Below, piece by piece: positions 61,062-64,000 of a stretch of DNA of 64,000 bases. Origin of the DNA: Octopus vulgaris (taxonomy: Eukaryota); NCBI GenBank assembly GCA_951406725.2, contig OX597837.1, positions 16,988,001-17,052,000 on the forward strand, given 5' to 3'. The notes beneath the pieces are model-generated. The model saw nothing but the letters and a program-made list of their open reading frames with translations. It was not told the origin of the DNA and did no database searches. Positions within the stretch are counted from its first letter, which is position 1; each line of letters opens with the position of its first letter. The translations under genes were made by a program, and so were the position numbers.

Positions 61062-62560
61062 CTAAAAAAGAAGCTGTAGCGGTTTTGCAAGGGCTCGTTT
61101 GCACGATTTGAGAAGGATCGCTGGAAATCCATCAGGTCCAGCAGTTGAGTTTGTGTCAATCTCATCTATGGCTAGTATGATATCATCATCTTCGATGTTG
61201 ATGTGCTCATATTTTGCCTCTTTGGCCGCAGGTAAAGTGGCAAAGAATTCTTCTGGGTTGTTTACTTGCCTGTGTCCTAGAGGTGTAGTGAACACACTTT
61301 GGAATTGTTCGTTCAGTATTTCACTTATCCTCGTGGGATTTCCTGTGAGAGAGCCATCTTTTTGGAAGAGAGGTCCTATTCTCTGGTGCACTGTGGCTGT
61401 CTCTTTGGCAAACTTAAAGAAAGCTTTAGGGTTTGATTTTATATTTTCTATTACCCAAGCTTCTTTATCTGCTCTCTCCTTTTCATGGGACTGATGCAGA
61501 CTTTTCTCAATTTCCATTAGCATTCTCTCGAGCCGAGACTTCTCACCACTTTTGGTGTGCTTGCTCAGGCGGTTCGCAATCCTTGTCCGTCGTCTCATAA
61601 GAATCTTCCTTTCTCTAGGGATCCTGTTTTTGTTTTTGTGTGTGCTGGCTCTGCACACTGGGACATATTTGTCACATATGGCTTGTATTATGGACATGAA
61701 GTGTTTGTGTTTCATGTTAATGTCCGGTGTGGAGAGACATTTAGGCCAATCCTGTTTCTCAATCAACTTCCAGTTTGCTTTATGAAAGTTGGAGAGATGG
61801 TGGATGCTTCGTATAGGCTGTGTGTCTACGGGGGCTTTTGGTCCATACATAGACAGCTCTGTTATGTTGTGATCCGAGATCATTGTCGGCATCACATTAA
61901 CATTATGGATAATATCCATATTGTTTGTGAAGCAGAGATCCAGTATATGATCTGCCCTTGTTGGTTGCAGAACTATTTGCTCCATGAAAGAGGCATTTGT
62001 GAGATGGAGCAGGGACTCTGCCTGTGCCTGCTGATGGTGTGTCATCCCTGAGAGCATCTGCCCCCCCCCCCCAGGCCATTCCACATTGGGGAAGTTAAAG
62101 TCACCCATGAAGAATACACTGTTGTGTTGTTAAAAGTTGGTGAGGACTTTTCCTATTTTTGTTAGGCAGTCTTCAAACATGCCTGAGTGATTTGGGGCAT
62201 CTGGTGGGCGATATGTAGTACATATGACGATATTCAGTTGTCTTATGTGTATAATTTGAGTTTCACACACTGAGTTTGAATATGACAACAGGACCTGGGG
62301 CGTGAGGTCATCTCGGAGGTACATTGCAACTCCACCATGGCTCCTCCCTTTTCTATCTGTGCGTATGACTGCATATTGTGGCATGTGTATTTCTGCATCC
62401 CCTATATCGGGTTCAAGATGTGCTTCTGTGAGTGTCATGCATATAGCTTAATTGCATGTTACAAGGTCTCTCAGGAATGAGATTTTCCTTTTACAGTTTC
62501 CGCGCAGCAGCCCTCCTACGTTCAGTAGAAATATTTTTGTGGTGTGTGTGTTGGTGTTGG
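61062..62560 (-). pseudogene. LINE ORF2 apurinic-like endonuclease and linker (fragmented)
   Basis: ORFs 62448-62669, 62130-62438 and 61062-62108 carry consecutive APE motifs. Confidence 0.88.
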
Positions 62561-62794
62561 TGTCTGTGGTGGCCATCCTGCATCTGTTGGTGGTGGCCTT
62601 ATGTGGTGGTAGTTCCAGCCTTGTGCTTGTAGCCAGGTCAGTTGCTGAACAATTTTTTGTGCCATGCACAAAAAAGATTGCTGTTCAGCTGCTGCCCTTC
62701 TCACATCTGGGTGAAGCTGGCCATTTGTTGGGTTACCGCGCACCACATCCGCACATCGTCTTTTAGGAGTGGTCAGTGCGCTTTTTTCCTTCTT

Positions 62795-63061
62795 TTATAT
62801 TTTTCTTTTTCTTTTTCTTTTTGTTCTCCCCGTGCGGTTTTGGTAGGGCCTCTGATGTGCAAAGCGACAGTTCGCACCTTCGACGCCGTACCAGCAAACC
62901 CCCTTCAGGTAGAATTTGCAGATGTTTCTTTCTTTTCCCTTATAGTTCTTGCTGGGGTTCTTTTGTTTTCTCTGAACAGGGTTTGCTTTAGCTTTGATTT
63001 TCTTGCCTTTTACCTCCTGTTTCCCATCAATTTTAGGGTGCTTTTCTTTTCTTGCGGCCAT
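62795..63061 (-). pseudogene. LINE ORF1 remnant, basic protein with a C3H1 zinc finger
   Basis: Lys-rich ORF with C-x7-C-x8-C-x3-H directly upstream of ORF2. Confidence 0.65.
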
Positions 63062-63659
63062 CGCACCTCTTTGGTCTTCAGTTGTGGTGTTGGGAGCTGG
63101 ACATGGGATACAGTGAGAGTGAAATATAGGAACAAAGAGAGAAGGAAAGATAAGATGGTTGACCGGAGAGGGAGAGGAGAAAGGAGAAAAGCCAGGGGGG
63201 ATAGAGAGAGAGTGTGGCAGATAGGAAGGACGAATCTGTAAACAAACTCGTTAAAGATAGAATAGCGCGTTTTTTTTATATATCTTTTATATCTATAATC
63301 GCGATTATATCTATGTATTATCAGGCGATCTTAGAACCGATCGTCGATTATTAATAATAATAAATAATGTTTTTTTTAAATTTTTTTTATTATCTTCTGG
63401 TTGAGAGAACACTAATAATAAATAATATTTGTCCTTACCTTACCGGCTGAGAGAACACTTACCGTGATTCCGTTTTAGAAGAAAGAAAGATAGATACTAA
63501 GACAGACCTTTGATATTCCTCACTTGTATTTTGTAAACAAAAGGAAAGAATAGCGTTCCGATTTCGTAGATGCAAAAATTAACAATATTTTCTATATTTT
63601 CTTAAGCAATTTGGTATTAGGCAGCAAATTTTCAGAGGCTTTCAAAACACGCAGATATA

Positions 63660-63885
63660 CGACATCAAAAGCGAAAATATCCTTCTCAAAAATACTGTGT
63701 CTTGTTTCACAGACAAAAATTCACTTCGATTTCAGGAAGTAACACACGTGCTTTCAACACATGTGCTCGCGAAGTATGTTCTAGTTGCAAATACTATATC
63801 AAAGGCGAAAATATTCTTCTCAAATACAGTGTCTTGTCGTACTTTCACTTATATTCGCTTTACAGATAAATTTCACTTCTGATAA
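63660..63885 (+). repeat. Diverged local direct repeat (~135-150 bp spacing)
   Basis: ATCAAAAGCGAAAATATCCTTCTCAAA..GTGTCTTGT and CAGA(C/T)AAA..TTCACTTC each occur twice. Confidence 0.6.
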
Positions 63886-64000
63886 CATCGATCTCTTGAA
63901 GGACTTCTTAAACTTTAGAAGAGACACATTAACACACATTTGTTGTTAGTTCGTTGCCATCTTGTATATATCTATGTAATAATTAATACAATTATATCAG

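Larger units (their letters stand above)
59529..63110 (-). mobile_element. Near full-length CR1-group LINE (CCCH-finger ORF1, APE endonuclease, RT), frameshifted
   Basis: CKFYLKGVCWYG..NCRFAH; LLNVGGL, TLTEAHL, GGVAMY, YRPP, GDFN, LDL, SDHN; YLDFAKTFDKVDH, GVPQGTVLGP, YADD; 3' (AAGGATTT)-type tail. The 5' boundary is uncertain and may extend further right. Confidence 0.92.

Overview
Eukaryotic (animal) repeat-dominated DNA with no intact host gene. The SINE and LINE types resemble octopus/cephalopod repeats; this is recalled, not searched. 0.1-11 kb holds nested retroelements: a Ty3/Gypsy element lacking RT-RNaseH and carrying a SINE plus an inverted copy of its own leader; an R4/Dong-type LINE split by a non-autonomous tRNA-Trp-primed LTR element; and a decayed Penelope-like element. 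11.1-43.0 kb and 47.9-52.7 kb are one family of 24/27-bp tandem repeats (AAAGCTGAAGAACCAACA[ACA]ACAGTA, reading KAEEPTT[T]V). The first array switches strand about 34 times, mostly at two recurring fold-back junction sequences. About 38.0-47.9 kb is repeated at 47.9-57.5 kb, which may be an assembly duplicate. The flanks carry R4 and Penelope fragments, three types of hammerhead-ribozyme-like motif, non-autonomous Helitrons, a ~106-bp-arm inverted repeat, and a near full-length CR1-group LINE whose 3' tail matches the SINE tail. The many poly-Leu, TVVGSSAF and FYCC ORFs in the track are by-products of the repeat. Coordinates and counts were read by eye.
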